From NCBI GenBank assembly GCA_045657405.1, contig JAZOTB010000002.1, forward strand, positions 32,523-96,522: a DNA stretch of 64,000 nt, written 5' to 3'. The translations under genes and the position numbers were made by a program. The notes under the pieces were generated by a model. The model worked only from the letters and a program-made list of their open reading frames with translations, was not told where the DNA came from and searched no databases. Source of the stretch: Candidatus Enterousia sp. GTDB lineage: Bacteria; Pseudomonadota; Alphaproteobacteria; Rs-D84. Shown piece after piece: positions 55,189 through 64,000 of the stretch (its first letter is position 1; the number at the start of each line of letters is the position of its first letter).

Positions 55189-56509
55189 TCTCTCCTTCTA
55201 ATTCTGCCTTGATTTCACCAACCGCTAACGCAACCGCAGCACGTTTCGTAAACAAATCGTATTTAGCCGCATTATTTTGTTTTTGTGCGCTGACTAGTTC
55301 AGATTGTGCAGTTTGCCAATCCAACATTGTTGCACGACCAACTTTATACATACCAGATGTAACACGTTCACTTTCTGTTGCAGATTTCAAAAGTGTTTCT
55401 GTTTGTTTTAATACAATCTGTGCAGTTTTATAATTATGATACGCAGTATATATATCCAATGTTGCATTATCTTGGGTACTGCGTTCTTGTTCAACAGCCC
55501 TGTCATAATTTACAGATGCTGCACGTGCATTATATAAATTTGCAAAACCAGCAAATAATGGCATAGATGCACGAATACCAATGCTGCCACTAATATTATC
55601 TGTTCCTGCATTATAAACTTCTGATGGTCTATCGTTCCAAGATACAGATCCAGATGCGGAAATAGACGGCAAATTACTTAGAAATACGCTGTTACGTCTG
55701 TGCCACGCAGCATCTTTGTTCGCAGTTGCACGCAACAAGTCGGGCCGTGTTTTTTGTGCTTGTTCAAACAATTCATCTAATGACTTTGTATCATCTGCAC
55801 TGCCTATTTCTGATGATAAATCTTCAATTTCTATTTCATAATCCGCAGGGAACGATAACTTTGATAATAATGTACCCTTGATAATTTCACGATTATTTTT
55901 TGCACGTTCTAAATCTAAATCACGACTAGCTAATGTAGTATCTGCACGCAGAACATCTGCACGCGCAACAGAACCCGCATTAAATTTTTTCTGTGCTGTA
56001 TCACGCGCAATTTTTGCAACATCACGTAACATTGTGGCAGATTTAACGTCTGCATCTGCGTTTAACAAAGAATAGTAAGAACCAATTAAACTGTAAATAT
56101 AATTTTGAACCGCTTCATCATAATCAAACCCTGTGGCACGCCATGATGCAGCCGCCTGATTCAAATCAGATAAACGCTTGCCAAAATCAAATATTAAATA
56201 AGATGCCGACAAAGACGCACCATAAGACCAATCACCCCAATCTTGATTACGATAAGGCAAAGATGCATTTGCGCCAACACTAAGACTTGGTAAATAAGAT
56301 GCATATTTTGCATTTTTTGATAATCTAGCAGATTCATATGCTAAATAAGACGCTGTTGTTTGTGGATTTCTGCACAAACCTAATTCTATTATTTCTTGTA
56401 ATGTTAATTTGCCCTCTGGAACAGTTGTACGAGTCATACAATCATCATAAGATGCCCCAAACGCAGAAACCGACAACAAAAATAACGGCAAAAGTGCTAT
56501 TTTTCTCAT
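55169..56509 (-). CDS. TolC-family outer-membrane efflux channel
   Basis: Signal peptide. Two repeats of the L..A....P........A......A.....LP type helical/beta structure. Overlaps the adaptor gene by 20 nt. Confidence 0.85.
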   Translation of the reverse strand: MRKIALLPLFLLSVSAFGASYDDCMTRTTVPEGKLTLQEIIELGLCRNPQTTASYLAYESARLSKNAKYASYLPSLSVGANASLPYRNQDWGDWSYGASLSASYLIFDFGKRLSDLNQAAASWRATGFDYDEAVQNYIYSLIGSYYSLLNADADVKSATMLRDVAKIARDTAQKKFNAGSVARADVLRADTTLASRDLDLERAKNNREIIKGTLLSKLSFPADYEIEIEDLSSEIGSADDTKSLDELFEQAQKTRPDLLRATANKDAAWHRRNSVFLSNLPSISASGSVSWNDRPSEVYNAGTDNISGSIGIRASMPLFAGFANLYNARAASVNYDRAVEQERSTQDNATLDIYTAYHNYKTAQIVLKQTETLLKSATESERVTSGMYKVGRATMLDWQTAQSELVSAQKQNNAAKYDLFTKRAAVALAVGEIKAELEGESENGEK

Positions 56510-56602
56510 ATATTCTCTCTCTTACTTAAATTTATTTTTTATATTACATATTTTTATGTTGAATTACAATTAATTTTTGCTTAATATAGGGTCACTGGTT
56601 CA

Positions 56603-56676
56603 GGCCTGGTGGCAGAGTGGTTATGCAGAGGACTGCAAATCCTTCTATGCCGGTTCGATTCCGACCCAGGCCTCCA
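56603..56676 (+). tRNA. tRNA-Cys (anticodon GCA), CCA encoded
   Basis: Acceptor GGCCTGG/CCAGGCC, anticodon loop CT-GCA-AA, T-arm CCGGTTCGATTCCGA. Confidence 0.85.
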
Positions 56677-56683
56677 AAATAAA

Positions 56684-56711
56684 AAACACCTCTTGCGGGT
56701 GTTTTTTTTTA
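56684..56711 (+). terminator. intrinsic terminator after tRNA-Cys
   Basis: ACACCT-cttgc-GGGTGT followed by T9. Confidence 0.7.
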
Positions 56712-56715
56712 TGTG

Positions 56716-56721
56716 TATGAT
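56716..56721 (+). promoter_or_regulatory. -10-like hexamer TATGAT, 7 nt upstream of the recF ATG
   Basis: TG TATGAT atttgtc ATG. No SD. Sits immediately after the tRNA terminator. Confidence 0.35.
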
Positions 56722-56728
56722 ATTTGTC

Positions 56729-57814
56729 ATGATAAAAATATTAAACCTTACTAATTTTAGAAATCATGAAACATGTCGTATCAACACATACGACAAACAT
56801 AATATTATTATCACAGGGCCAAATGGGGCAGGTAAAACTGCAATACTTGAAGCAATATCTATGTTATCTGGCGAACGTGGTATGCGTGGGGCAACAATGC
56901 CTGATATTTCACGATTTAATGGCGATGGTGGATTCAGTGTATTCGCAACAACAAATTGTGATACTGATGTCTGTGTTTATTTTTCTGCATCTGATGCAAA
57001 TCGTCGTGCAAAAATTGATAACGAAAACGCAAATTTATCCGAATTAGCAAAGCATTTAAGAATAATTTGGATTACACCAAAAGAAGACAGATTATTTATA
57101 GATAGTGCATCTGATAGACGGGCTTTTTTTGATAGATTAACAGCCAGTTTTGATTATTCACATGCCGGCAGATGTGCAAAATTATCTAAGTTATTATCAG
57201 AACGCGCATATGCATTAAAATCAAACGCAGATAAACATTGGTTAGATGCACTGGATACACAAATAGTAGGAACATCTGTTGCAATTTCTGTAGCACGAAT
57301 ACAATATGCTGGCGAATTAAATTACTTTTTAGAACGATGCGCTGTATCTGTTTCTGGAATAATTGAACAAATGTTGATTGATGGAATATCGCCAAGCGAT
57401 ATAGAAAGAAAGTATATGGAATACCTGCGCGAAAATCGTACATTAGTCGGCGACAAAATGATTTTAGATGGACCACACAAATCTGACTTTGGCGTTTTTA
57501 ACAAAGAACTAAATTTACCAGCCAGATTAACAAGTACAGGTCAACAAAAAACTGTGTTGATTGATTTGATACTAGCACACTCAAAACTAGTTTTTACAAA
57601 AACAGGTAAACAGATGTTAATTTTATTGGACGAAGCCGCAGCACATCTGGATGAAAATGCACGTAATAAAATGTTTTTTGAACTAAATAATACAAATGCT
57701 CAAGTCTGGGCCACAGGACTAGACATGGAAATATTCAAAAATATTCCTGATGCAGTATTTGTTTCTTGCCAGAATGGGCATATAAGTAATATAGTATTGT
57801 CGGAGATAAAATAA
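56729..57814 (+). CDS. recF: DNA replication and repair protein RecF
   Basis: Start trimmed to MIKILNLTNFRNH, because the track ORF extends over tRNA-Cys. Walker A GPNGAGKTAILEAI; signature-like SGQQK; Walker B LILLDE. Confidence 0.85.
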   Translation: MIKILNLTNFRNHETCRINTYDKHNIIITGPNGAGKTAILEAISMLSGERGMRGATMPDISRFNGDGGFSVFATTNCDTDVCVYFSASDANRRAKIDNENANLSELAKHLRIIWITPKEDRLFIDSASDRRAFFDRLTASFDYSHAGRCAKLSKLLSERAYALKSNADKHWLDALDTQIVGTSVAISVARIQYAGELNYFLERCAVSVSGIIEQMLIDGISPSDIERKYMEYLRENRTLVGDKMILDGPHKSDFGVFNKELNLPARLTSTGQQKTVLIDLILAHSKLVFTKTGKQMLILLDEAAAHLDENARNKMFFELNNTNAQVWATGLDMEIFKNIPDAVFVSCQNGHISNIVLSEIK

Positions 57815-57815
57815 A

Positions 57816-58280
57816 ATGGCACGAATTGATTATCAAGCATTGTTGGATGCTGCATTAAAATCTATTGTAAAAGACGCTTTGATACACGCACAGTTTAATG
57901 GTCTGGGTGATGGAACACACTTTTTTATCACTTTTCGCACACGTGCACCCGGTGTTGTTTTACCTGATTTTTTACGCCTTAGATATCAAGATCAAATGAC
58001 AATTGTTTTACAATATTCATATAATAATCTGCATGTATCTGACAAAGAATTTGGTGTACAACTAACTTTTGACGGAAGACCATTTTTTATTCGTGTACCA
58101 TTTTCTGCATTAGTTGAATTCAAAGATCCATCTGTTGACTTTATGATATCTTTCAAGCCTAAATCACAGGTACAGGCAGCAGATAACGATATGGAATTAC
58201 CACTTGATGAAAAACCAGATACTGTCCCAGACCCAGGACGTGTTGTATCACTGGATGAATTCAGAAAAAATAGAAAATAA
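57816..58280 (+). CDS. sspB: ClpXP adaptor SspB (alphaproteobacterial type)
   Basis: HFFITFRTRAPGV...MTIVLQY.Y..L.V....F.V.L.F.G......VPFSAL..F.DPSV.F closely follows the Caulobacter SspB-alpha pattern as I remember it. Confidence 0.7.
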   Translation: MARIDYQALLDAALKSIVKDALIHAQFNGLGDGTHFFITFRTRAPGVVLPDFLRLRYQDQMTIVLQYSYNNLHVSDKEFGVQLTFDGRPFFIRVPFSALVEFKDPSVDFMISFKPKSQVQAADNDMELPLDEKPDTVPDPGRVVSLDEFRKNRK

Positions 58281-58310
58281 AAAAAGTCGGCTTTTACCGG
58301 CTTTTTTTAA
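58281..58310. terminator. bidirectional intrinsic terminator
   Basis: A6, GTCGG-ctttta-CCGGC, T7. Confidence 0.65.
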
Positions 58311-58315
58311 TATTT

Positions 58316-60619
58316 TTATTTATCACGTATTGTTGCATTACATTTCTTTTCAACAGAATTTATAACGGCAGATTGGATTTGTTGCAAATCTAAATCTGAC
58401 ATATTTTCACGCGGTTCTATTGTTATTGTAAATGCAATAGATTTGTTTCCATCAGACATATCAAAAGAATCAAACACAACAACTTTTGTTATGCGACTGT
58501 CCGCACTTTGTGCAACAGATGTTAATTTTTCCGCTGGTGTATTGTTATCTACAATAAACGCAAAATCACGTGTTATTGGTTGAAACTCAGATAATATTGG
58601 CTGCTTGCCACCACGTTTAGTTGGCAAGTTTTGAATATCATCAACAATCGCAATAACAACATTTGTTTTTATACGTAATTTTTTCGCAACCGATGGATGT
58701 AGTTCACCAAATTCTGCAACTTTCTTTTTGCCTTGGTACAATGCGCCATATCTGTATGGATGTGCCCATTTTGGTACATCTTCTGTTGATACTGTGAAAC
58801 GTTGGCCTTGCATTAATGCAATTAAGTCTGATTTTACATCATATATATCAACTTCGCGGTTACGATGCATCCAATGCTTTGGTGCAGTATTACCAGTACG
58901 TACGATACAAACAGATGTGTGTTGCTGTGTTGGTGCATCGCCATCAAACACAGTTCCTAATTCAAATAAATTCAAATCAGGATATCCACGTTTTTCATTA
59001 TGAGATACAGCAATCAAAAGATTTCCTAGTAATCCATTTCTTGCAGTATTCAAATCTACTATTATAGGATTTGCAATTTTGATAATAGGTTTATCTGATA
59101 TTACTTCCTCTATAACAGAATTACCAAAACCAAATGTCACAGCCTCATTTAATCCACGATTTGCCAAACTCTGTTTTATTTCCAAATCAATATCTTTATG
59201 CACTGTATTTTCAATACTTTTTGGCATTTCTTTTATACCGATTTTTTCATAACCATATATACGAATTAAATCTGCAACTATTGTTTCTGGAATATTTACA
59301 TCAACACGTGATGTGTGTGGTACAACAATCCAATCAGACTTAGAATCATCAATCGTGTAGCCCAGCGCAACCAAGATATCATGTTGTGATTTCGCATCAA
59401 TATCAACACCTGTCTTTTTCAAGAAGTACGATGGGTTATATTTAATCTGAACATTTGGAGCATTATCTGTTCCCGCTGCAAATGTACCAACAATTTTACC
59501 ACCACATGCAAATATAATAATATCAGCCGCACGCATCGCTGCAATACCTGTTATTGTTGGATCAATTCCGCGTTCATATCTGTAAGAAGAATCAGTTGAT
59601 ACACCTAATCTTTTTGCAGTTTTACGAACAGATACAGAATCAAAATACGCAGATTCCAATATTATATTTTTTGTATTTTCTGTAAATGAACCACGTTTAC
59701 CACCAATAACACCAGCCAGTGCCAAAATACCAGACGCGTCTGCAATTACCATATCAGTATCTGTCAATTCATGTTCATTATCAAACAAGTCTGTAAATTT
59801 TTCGCCTGTTTTTGCCATACGCACAATAATATCGCCATTGATTTGGTCTGCATCAAAACAATGCATTGGTTGTGCCATATCATAACAAATATAATTTGTT
59901 GTATCCACAGGTGCATTTTTTGGATTTATACCAATCGCAGCAAGTCTGGATGCGATTTCCTTGTTGCTTTTATTTACAGTAATACCATGAATTTCAACTA
60001 ATTTATACGCACCGCATTTATCTGTATTTAATACAACCTTGCGATTACCAGAAATGTTTTCAAATGTTTTATCAGATGGAACTATATATGTTCCCAAACC
60101 CGCTGCTGATAAATCACGTGCAATACCACGAACAGACAAATAGTCTGGTCTGTTCGGTGTAATACCCGCATCAAAAACAGTCTTGGATTCAATAACAGGC
60201 GAACCAATTTTTGTATATTCTGGTAATTCAATAATACCACTGTGATCATCACTGATTCCCAATTCTTTGCCAGAACACATCATACCGTCTGATAACACAC
60301 CACGTAATTTTCCAGACTGAATTTCATGACCTCCAATTACACAACCTGGGGTCGCCAAAGCAGATATTAAACCCACACGTGCGTTTGGTGCGCCACATAC
60401 AACCTGACGCATGGTGCCAGAACCATCATCAACTTGCAAAACGTGCAAGTGATCACTGTTTTCATGTGGCTTGCATTCAACAATTTTTGCAGCAATCGGT
60501 GATATTGGCGATTGCAAATCTTCTACTTCCAATCCAATACGAGTCAATGTATCAGATACAGTTTGCGCATCGGCATCTGTATTTAAATAATCTTTTAACC
60601 AATCATAAGTCCATTTCAT
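58316..60619 (-). CDS. pheT: phenylalanyl-tRNA synthetase beta subunit
   Basis: MKWTYDWLKDYL start; tRNA-binding OB domain (KPHENSDHLHVLQVDDG...VVCGAPN); B3/4, B5 and FDX-ACB domains. Confidence 0.95.
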   Translation of the reverse strand: MKWTYDWLKDYLNTDADAQTVSDTLTRIGLEVEDLQSPISPIAAKIVECKPHENSDHLHVLQVDDGSGTMRQVVCGAPNARVGLISALATPGCVIGGHEIQSGKLRGVLSDGMMCSGKELGISDDHSGIIELPEYTKIGSPVIESKTVFDAGITPNRPDYLSVRGIARDLSAAGLGTYIVPSDKTFENISGNRKVVLNTDKCGAYKLVEIHGITVNKSNKEIASRLAAIGINPKNAPVDTTNYICYDMAQPMHCFDADQINGDIIVRMAKTGEKFTDLFDNEHELTDTDMVIADASGILALAGVIGGKRGSFTENTKNIILESAYFDSVSVRKTAKRLGVSTDSSYRYERGIDPTITGIAAMRAADIIIFACGGKIVGTFAAGTDNAPNVQIKYNPSYFLKKTGVDIDAKSQHDILVALGYTIDDSKSDWIVVPHTSRVDVNIPETIVADLIRIYGYEKIGIKEMPKSIENTVHKDIDLEIKQSLANRGLNEAVTFGFGNSVIEEVISDKPIIKIANPIIVDLNTARNGLLGNLLIAVSHNEKRGYPDLNLFELGTVFDGDAPTQQHTSVCIVRTGNTAPKHWMHRNREVDIYDVKSDLIALMQGQRFTVSTEDVPKWAHPYRYGALYQGKKKVAEFGELHPSVAKKLRIKTNVVIAIVDDIQNLPTKRGGKQPILSEFQPITRDFAFIVDNNTPAEKLTSVAQSADSRITKVVVFDSFDMSDGNKSIAFTITIEPRENMSDLDLQQIQSAVINSVEKKCNATIRDK

Positions 60620-60635
60620 AATTTATACCCCCGTA

Positions 60636-61589
60636 TTAGAATCCAGCCGACTTTAACCAACGAACATCAGAATCCGTAAAAGCACGTATATCAGTTAATC
60701 CATATTTGACCATAACCAAACGTGCCCAACCAAAACCAAATGCAAACCCTTGATATTCATCTGGGTTAACACCACAATTACGCAATACATTTGGATGAAC
60801 CATACCACCACACAACAATTCCATCCATTTGTCGCCAAACTTCATATCAATTTCAATAGATGGTTCTGTGAACGGAAAATAAGATGGACGTATGCGCAAT
60901 TCAACATCATCTTTTTCAAAAAAACGGGATGCAAAAGTTCTCATTGTTGCCAACATATCTGATAAATTTATACCTTTTTCAATTTTATCAACATATAGAC
61001 CTTCTATTTGACCAAACATTGCCGAATGAGTTGCATCTAATTCTTTACGATAACATTGACCAACTGTAAACATTTTAATTGGAACGCCGTTTTTCTCCAT
61101 TGCACGAACCTGAACCGCAGATGTTTGCGTACGCAAAACATTTCCGTTTGGTAAAAAGAAAGTGTCTTGCATATCACGTGCAGGATGATGCATCGGTGTA
61201 TTTAATGCAGTAAAGTTATGCCAATCATCTTCTATTTCTGGGCCAGTCATAAACGTATAACCCAAAGATTCAAAAATATTAACCACTTCTTTGAAACTTT
61301 GTGTCAATGGATGTAATGTACCACGGTTTTCTGGTTCTGGATTTAGCGATACATCCAGTTTCTGTTTTTGCAACCCTGCTATCAAAACTGCGTTTTCTAT
61401 TTCTAATTGACGCGTTTTGAATAATTCACGTAATGTTTGATTTTCCAGATTTAATGCTGCGCGTGCATCATTATCCAGATTTTTCATTTCTTTTAATTTT
61501 GCAGTCATTGTACCATTTTTACCAAATGTATCTGTGTACAAGATTTGCAATTCTTCTAGTGTATTTATATTTTTTATTTTTTCTTGCAT
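60636..61589 (-). CDS. pheS: phenylalanyl-tRNA synthetase alpha subunit
   Basis: Class II motifs: HPLTQ..., FRTQTSAVQVR-type (LRTQTSAVQVR), GQCYRKE, GFAFGFGWARL. Confidence 0.95.
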   Translation of the reverse strand: MQEKIKNINTLEELQILYTDTFGKNGTMTAKLKEMKNLDNDARAALNLENQTLRELFKTRQLEIENAVLIAGLQKQKLDVSLNPEPENRGTLHPLTQSFKEVVNIFESLGYTFMTGPEIEDDWHNFTALNTPMHHPARDMQDTFFLPNGNVLRTQTSAVQVRAMEKNGVPIKMFTVGQCYRKELDATHSAMFGQIEGLYVDKIEKGINLSDMLATMRTFASRFFEKDDVELRIRPSYFPFTEPSIEIDMKFGDKWMELLCGGMVHPNVLRNCGVNPDEYQGFAFGFGWARLVMVKYGLTDIRAFTDSDVRWLKSAGF

Positions 61590-61617
61590 AACTATTACCT
61601 TAAACTAAATCGCTTTC

Positions 61618-61642
61618 AAAACAAAAGCCGTCATCTGACGGC
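61618..61642 (-). terminator. intrinsic terminator between rplT and pheS
   Basis: On the - strand: GCCGTC-agat-GACGGC followed by TTTTGTTTT. Located 29 nt upstream of the pheS ATG. Confidence 0.65.
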
Positions 61643-61679
61643 TTTTATTATTACAAAAGATATACCTGCCGACAAGGTA

Positions 61680-62048
61680 TTATTTAGATTCGGCAGAAAT
61701 AAATCGTTTTGCTGTTTCAACCAATTGGGCAAAGTTTGCATCGCCTGCGTATGCCATTTCGGCCAAAACCTTGCGGTCCAGTGCGACGCCTGCTTTCTTT
61801 AATCCATTCATAAATTGGCTGTATGTCATACCATTTGCACGTACAGCAGCATTAATACGAACAATCCACAAAGAGCGGAATTCGCGTTTTTTAACGCGAC
61901 GATCGCGATAAGCATACTGTCCTGCTTTTTCTGTTTTTTCGCGTGCAGCACGATATGTGGAATGATGACGGCCCAAATAACCCTTGGCGCGCGCCAAAAT
62001 CTTGTTATGTTTTTGTTTTACGGTTGTTCCGCGTTTTACTCTTGCCAT
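61680..62048 (-). CDS. rplT: 50S ribosomal protein L20
   Basis: [24 protein letters not shown]... Confidence 0.95.
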   Translation of the reverse strand: MARVKRGTTVKQKHNKILARAKGYLGRHHSTYRAAREKTEKAGQYAYRDRRVKKREFRSLWIVRINAAVRANGMTYSQFMNGLKKAGVALDRKVLAEMAYAGDANFAQLVETAKRFISAESK

Positions 62049-62066
62049 GACTTGTTACCCCCTTGC

Positions 62067-62270
62067 TTATTTCAAACCATATGGGGCCAGGATTTTTGCC
62101 TGTCCAACCATGTTATCGTTCAAATACTGTGGTTTTGCACCTGCTTTGTTTGCACGAGCAGATTTTTTACGCAACAGTTTTTTATGAGAGTTACGTGCAA
62201 CACGGATTTTACCAGTTGCAGTCATAGATGCACGCTTTTTCAAGTATGACTTTGTCTTTAATTTTGGCAT
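62067..62270 (-). CDS. rpmI: 50S ribosomal protein L35
   Basis: Start trimmed to MPKLKTKSYLKKRASMTATGKI with an AAAGAGGA SD. The track start lies 14 codons further upstream. Confidence 0.9.
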   Translation of the reverse strand: MPKLKTKSYLKKRASMTATGKIRVARNSHKKLLRKKSARANKAGAKPQYLNDNMVGQAKILAPYGLK

Positions 62271-62410
62271 TTTATATCCTCTTTTTTTAGATTTTTTTAT
62301 GTCTGATGGCAATGCCTTGCCACTTTGACTGGTATCATTGTGGCATAAATAAAGGAAAAATCAAGTTTTTATTGAATATCCTATTTTTTCAGATTAAAGT
62401 TAGGAAACAA

Positions 62411-63235
62411 ATGAGCCAGACAAAAATATCTTCCAAAATCTATCCTTTAATAAAGGCGGTTGCATCGGCCGCTGTTTTGCCTGTGCTGTTTATATATGTC
62501 ATGATTGCAAAGCCTGATTATAAACTGATGAACGCTATGTCACATGTTGTTGTACCTGTGGCGCAATGGGTGGGTAACGTTGTTACATGGCCTATTAGGT
62601 TGGTTGGTGGGGTTATTGATAATATCTCTGAAATTTCAAATCTGCGTGCAGAAAACGAAGAACTGCGGGCAAGATTAGACGAAGCGCTGGCAACAAAAAA
62701 TTTATGTGATATCACAATATCAGAAAATAAAAAACTTAAACGAGAATTAAATATAATTAGTTCTCAGCCACGCGATACAATTATTGCAGACGTTATTCAT
62801 GATAATACTGCACTGGGACATAATACATTTATTATTAATCGTGGTGCAGCCGATAATATTGAACAAGGCATGGTTGTTACAACAACAGATTTACAAATGG
62901 TCGGTATTATTATAGATGTTTCTGTGAACTTTTCGCGTGTGCGTGCATTAACTGATTCAGACACAAATATCGCTGTTCGTGTTGTAGGTTCAGAAGTTTA
63001 TGGATTTATGACAGGCAATGGTTCAAAATTTACAAATATTGGATTTTTTAGTGACCCTGAATTCCAATCAACATCCGGCATTAAATTAGTAACAAGTAAC
63101 ATTTCTGGTGTTTTACCAAATGGTTTATTTGTCGGAGAAATTATAAATGATACAGATATTGACGTTATACAAATAAATGAAATATCGCGCGTTATGGTAT
63201 TAAAATTTGATACAGATAAAAATGAGTACAGATGA
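62411..63235 (+). CDS. mreC: rod shape-determining protein MreC
   Basis: Start trimmed to MSQTKISSKI (AGGAAA SD). TM helix, coiled coil (NLRAENEELRARLDEA), beta-barrel domains with G.VV....G..G.I. Confidence 0.85.
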   Translation: MSQTKISSKIYPLIKAVASAAVLPVLFIYVMIAKPDYKLMNAMSHVVVPVAQWVGNVVTWPIRLVGGVIDNISEISNLRAENEELRARLDEALATKNLCDITISENKKLKRELNIISSQPRDTIIADVIHDNTALGHNTFIINRGAADNIEQGMVVTTTDLQMVGIIIDVSVNFSRVRALTDSDTNIAVRVVGSEVYGFMTGNGSKFTNIGFFSDPEFQSTSGIKLVTSNISGVLPNGLFVGEIINDTDIDVIQINEISRVMVLKFDTDKNEYR

Positions 63236-63687
63236 AAGAAAGTTTTATAAAAATTTTACAAAACTCTTTTCCTTTTCTATTAACAGTGGCATTGTGGCGC
63301 CTGTCTGTACCCTTTTGGAATCCTGCTGGAATTTTAGCAATAATACCTATATTTTTTTGTTCTTTTGTAAAGCCTGTTAATTGGTTTAGTTTATTTTCTA
63401 TTTTCATGTGTTTTGTTATTGATTATAAATTTGAGACTGTTTGTTTTTGGGTTGCAATATATTGTTTGTTTTATGCAATAAATAGTTTTCAAAATATAAT
63501 TGATATTACCCGTATGGAATTAAATGGTATTTTTGCTTTTTTAATATTTTTTGGGTTGTCTATTTTAATCCAAGTTTTTGTAAATATTAATTTTATTACT
63601 TTCTTGCGTGGGATATGGATGATTTTATGGACATCTGTATTATATATGCCAATAACAACATTAATAAAAAAGGTACAAAATGATTGA
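63232..63687 (+). CDS. mreD: rod shape-determining protein MreD (by position and topology)
   Basis: Polytopic 151-aa membrane protein. Overlaps the mreC stop by 4 nt and the PBP2 start by 8 nt. Confidence 0.6.
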   Translation: MKESFIKILQNSFPFLLTVALWRLSVPFWNPAGILAIIPIFFCSFVKPVNWFSLFSIFMCFVIDYKFETVCFWVAIYCLFYAINSFQNIIDITRMELNGIFAFLIFFGLSILIQVFVNINFITFLRGIWMILWTSVLYMPITTLIKKVQND

Positions 63688-64000
63688 CACAGAAGTTTCT
63701 CGTACCTTTGACAGACGCAGTGCATTGTTTTTAACCGGTGGTGTAATACTTACATCTGTATTAGTTATGCGTATGCTACAAATGCAATTATTTAATTACC
63801 AAGATTACAAGAAAAAAAGTGAAAATAACTCTTTTCGTATTCAGATAATAACGCCGGAACGTGGAAAAATCTTATCACATGATAACAAGCCAATTTCACG
63901 TGATATTCCAATATATCGTATTTATATAATTCCAGAAGAAGCAGATGATATAGAAAAACTTTTACAAATTGTTGCACAAGATTTGAATTTGAAAACCAAG
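63680..64000 (+). CDS. mrdA: penicillin-binding protein 2 (elongasome transpeptidase), N-terminal 107 codons, runs off the window
   Basis: Hand-translated: MIDTEVSRTFDRRSALFLTGGVILTSVLVMRMLQMQLFNYQDYKKKSENNSFRIQIITPERGKILSHDNKPISRD... This is the typical PBP2 N-terminus (Y...SE.N......I...RG.I.D..G). Absent from the track because it is open at the edge. Confidence 0.8.
   Translation, partial: MIDTEVSRTFDRRSALFLTGGVILTSVLVMRMLQMQLFNYQDYKKKSENNSFRIQIITPERGKILSHDNKPISRDIPIYRIYIIPEEADDIEKLLQIVAQDLNLKTK

Noticed and set aside
56609-56728. N-terminal extension of the recF ORF (MAEWLCRGLQILLCRFDSDPGLQ...)
   Set aside because: It overlaps tRNA-Cys and its terminator. RecF homology begins at MIKILNLTNFRNH (56729).
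63894-63903. TTTCACGTGA (perfect parS core left half plus centre) inside mrdA
   Set aside because: The right arm diverges (TATT instead of AACA), the site lies inside a coding region, and it is far from parAB. It is most likely a chance match.

Overview
AT-rich, gene-dense chromosomal segment with about 75 protein genes, 4 tRNAs, and no rRNA, CRISPR array, IS element or prophage that I can see. Gene content points to a Gram-negative, probably alphaproteobacterial organism with a scrambled, reduced-style genome. This is inferred from an alpha-type SspB, RpoH, Pal, BamB-like, TolC, MreBCD/PBP2, ParAB/RsmG and a type-2 IleRS. Most genes are housekeeping: ppdK, ptb, rpoH, pnp, infC, parAB, rsmG, gpsA, mreB, rnpA, yidD, accBC, der, metG, ileS, nth, fabDG, mnmG, ftsQ/ftsA, valS, recF, sspB, pheST, rplT, rpmI and mreCD-mrdA. 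The main observations are: (1) a 10-codon leader ORF with four consecutive Ile codons plus antiterminator/terminator hairpins directly upstream of ileS, with a weaker analogous arrangement upstream of metG; (2) an in-frame FtsA-ribulose-phosphate-3-epimerase fusion in the ftsQ-ftsA position; (3) small Cys-rich ORFs flanking nth (three in tandem after ileS, one convergent beyond nth) that share a C-x(4-6)-C-P-x(6-8)-C type motif; (4) a 727-aa secreted protein with an Arg/Asn/Ser/Thr repeat region and a 24-Cys domain; (5) an orphan VirD4/TraG coupling protein; (6) a stand-alone radical SAM enzyme; (7) two parS-like repeats next to parAB; (8) recurrent leaderless-type start geometry; (9) a very uniform GCCGGT-N4-ACCGGC terminator family. 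All functional calls rest on my reading of the translated ORFs and the DNA. No database search was run.
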